The translations under genes were made by a program, and so were the position numbers. A stretch of 58,423 nucleotides of DNA from Nanobdellota archaeon (GTDB lineage Archaea; Nanobdellota; Nanobdellia; Pacearchaeales; GW2011-AR1), in the NCBI GenBank assembly GCA_018816335.1, contig JAHIVP010000023.1, positions 1 through 58,423 on the forward strand. The letters run 5' to 3'. A model generated the notes under the pieces. It was not told where the DNA came from. It made no database searches and saw only the letters and a list, made by a program, of their open reading frames with translations. Of the stretch, positions 57,301 to 58,423 are shown piece by piece; the stretch's first letter is position 1, and each line of letters begins with the position of its first letter.

Positions 57301-58290
57301 TTGACTATTGCTTCATCTAGTTCGTCTTCTAGTTCAGGTGGAGGGAGTTCTGGAGGAGGAAGTAGTACATCTTCAACTAGTTCAACATCTTCAGGGGGTG
57401 GGGATGATGAGGAAGAGGAGGAGGGATGTGATTATGAAGCTGATTGTGAGTTGTGGAGTTTATGTCAAGATGGTGAGCAGAGTAGGAGTTGTATTATAAC
57501 TAATACAGATTGTTCTAGTAGTTCAAGTCTTGAGAATAGGAATTGTATTGAGTGTTCTGAATCTTGGGTTTGTGATGATTGGACAGAATGTATTTTAGGA
57601 GGTAAGAGTAGAAATTGTTTTGATGAGAATTCTTGTTTGATTTTAAATGATAAGCCTGATGAGTTTGAAGATTGTGATACTAATTTAAGTCCTCAAGATG
57701 ATGTTAGTGGTGTGGATGGTGTTAAAGATGAGAGAGAGAGTTGGGAATGTGATGATTGGAGTGATTGTGATGCTAGTTATGATTTTGAAGATATTTTATT
57801 AGAGGTTAGTTCTGTTAGTGGGGAGATTAGAAGAAGTTGTAATAAAGGAAGTGAGCAAATTGTTCAGAGAGATAGTTGTAGTTTGAAAGTTGGGATTGAG
57901 ATGATTAAGAAAGAAAGATGTGGTAAAGAATTTTTAGAGTTTTATGATGTTGATTGGGGTTTGTTAGGAAGGTTTTCTAAGGAGGGTGTGAAGATGGATA
58001 TTGAGTTTACTGATGATGTTGGTTATTGTGCTTATTGTTATGATGGGATTATAAATTATGATGAAGTTGAAATTGATTGTGGAGGTAGTTGTCCTGAATG
58101 TGTTGATTATGTTGATAAGTTTAATTGGTGGATTTATGTGAAGTGGGGGTTGTGGATTTTGTGGTTGTTATTATTGTTGGTTTTGTTGTATTTGATTTAT
58201 AGTGAGTATAGGGAGAGATATATAAGTTATTATAGAAGTTTTCATAAGTATGTTAAGGAGTATAGGGTTAGGAAGTTTATTGGGAGTTGA
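54325..58290 (+). CDS. Large surface glycoprotein: two PQQ/BamB-like beta-propellers, Ig-like domains, Ser/Gly linker, Cys-rich repeats, C-terminal TM
   Basis: DWLMFGR twice; 40-aa repeats TGGDVDSSPAV..VFVGSDD..YQLN; many NxS/T sequons; WxCxxWxxC; DCGGSCPEC. Confidence 0.88.
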   Translation: MKLHKKRIAVALMLLVVSVILLSLAVSEFSSDSVVLNDWLMFGRTLNGTSYTSATAPINISNGNVVTYTTLGDVNWNPLIYGDFLYVSDNIANGSVYQLNSSNVSHYLDNYTVGNEQEISVQGAVANNSLYFSSSSTEKGVYLYQVNSSNVSQIFYNRSIGGAVDATSGYIIVWNDKTYLSVSDITGGYSTIYQYNATNITHQYDSMNLGGDGAAVPIGFSNPIISNGFLYIGNGSYVSQLNATNVSHYFDVYLTGGNVLELSYSDSMIYAAAANGILYQLNATNVSHYFDNYTTGARIDSKPSIRGDVVFFGSDDNAVYQLNASNVSHYFDNYTTGGDVDSSPAVTDNYVFVGSDDNSMYQLNSTNISFLIGSYATGGDVDSSATVSNGYVFFGSDDDKVYQISGGSTRVPLSSDSQNEGDWLMFGRTLNGTSYTNASGPVNISNGVVVNFSAGGDVDSSLAVSSGFVYVGSDDYQFYQLNASNVSQLILNFSTEGTVDSSPAVANEYVYMWATELSNYYIYQLNSTNVSHKITNVSRIGSFSLADILVWENSLYSSEYEDTPIHRIRQLNASNISQVIASINFDDFGASGSVSISSPSIWNNFIYVINTTILLQLNASNISQENIASFDFGSGNQVFSSSVVSNGYIYIGNTDNKLYQLNASNISQLISTYTTGGNVDSSAAIKGDVLYIGSDDNAIYQLNASNVSHYFDNYTTGGDVDSSPAVTDNYVFVGSDDNNMYQLNVTNISFLIGSYTTGGDVDSSPVVVGGYVYFGSDDDQVYQIGGGTAEGDTTSPMANHSLPGNFTNVSSRTVEFFINSSDDINLKNITLFIWNSSGSLIHRNSTNITGTWNITNWNYTFAYDDLYNWTGLVYDNSDNYNITDERDGLGVWNWTINVTFVDTTPPVINLSTPANPTSTTTTSTNFIFNVTDDSNVVNCSLLIDHAIVAYNASAITKSELNTITRTMAVGSYTWNINCTDASNNIGNSTNYSLTIASSSSSSSSGGGSSGGGSSTSSTSSTSSGGGDDEEEEEGCDYEADCELWSLCQDGEQSRSCIITNTDCSSSSSLENRNCIECSESWVCDDWTECILGGKSRNCFDENSCLILNDKPDEFEDCDTNLSPQDDVSGVDGVKDERESWECDDWSDCDASYDFEDILLEVSSVSGEIRRSCNKGSEQIVQRDSCSLKVGIEMIKKERCGKEFLEFYDVDWGLLGRFSKEGVKMDIEFTDDVGYCAYCYDGIINYDEVEIDCGGSCPECVDYVDKFNWWIYVKWGLWILWLLLLLVLLYLIYSEYRERYISYYRSFHKYVKEYRVRKFIGS

Positions 58291-58423
58291 ACTTTATTGA
58301 AAGATGAACTTTATTGAAAGATGAACTTTATTGAAAGATGAACTTTATTGAAAGATGAACTTTATTGAAAGATGAACTTTATTGAAAGATGAACTTTATT
58401 GAAAGATGAACTTTATTGAAAGA
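58288..58423. repeat. Perfect 17-bp tandem repeat (TGAACTTTATTGAAAGA)x8 running off the window end
   Basis: Directly visible; the first TGA is the stop of the surface-protein gene. Confidence 0.97.

Noticed and set aside
1038-57499. Numerous short antisense or alternate-frame ORFs in the track (e.g. 1038, 2244, 6410, 9336, 27158, 41786, 48972, 56438)
   Set aside because: Fully overlap well-supported genes and show no recognisable motifs
58288-58423. CRISPR array
   Set aside because: No spacers and the unit is only 17 bp

Overview
AT-rich chromosomal segment of a DPANN archaeon. Pacearchaeota/Nanoarchaeota-like placement is an inference from archaeal r-proteins L24e/S28e/L7Ae/S27ae/S6e, aIF5B, Kae1, a Dph2 fragment, BHB-intron tRNAs, tRNA-Ile(UAU) and bacterial-type gyrase. 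Most genes are housekeeping: gyrA (with a LAGLIDADG intein), gyrB, ychF, hisI/hisG/hisS, scpA, nth, trxAB, a split GlcD/GlcF-like oxidoreductase, uppP, cyclophilin and a large beta-propeller surface protein. All five tRNAs carry introns. The non-coding layer is the most unusual part. (1) A modular hairpin repeat occurs in at least 12 copies, all in the same orientation. Its stems co-vary around a fixed apex (tandem GA/GA or a bulged T), and it also sits in frame twice inside Kae1. (2) A 376-bp structured cassette carrying a 78-aa ORF between inverted repeats splits the last codons of hisG. (3) A Ser-type long-arm tRNA has a Phe (GAA) anticodon and a T-loop intron, next to a copy lacking the anticodon arm. 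(4) A tandem UUCG-capped ncRNA candidate has its own promoter. (5) There is an orphan CRISPR-like mini-array, several MITE-like elements and repeated duplications of gene starts and ends. No transposase, integrase, reverse transcriptase or cas gene is visible in the window. All calls are by eye; no searches were run.
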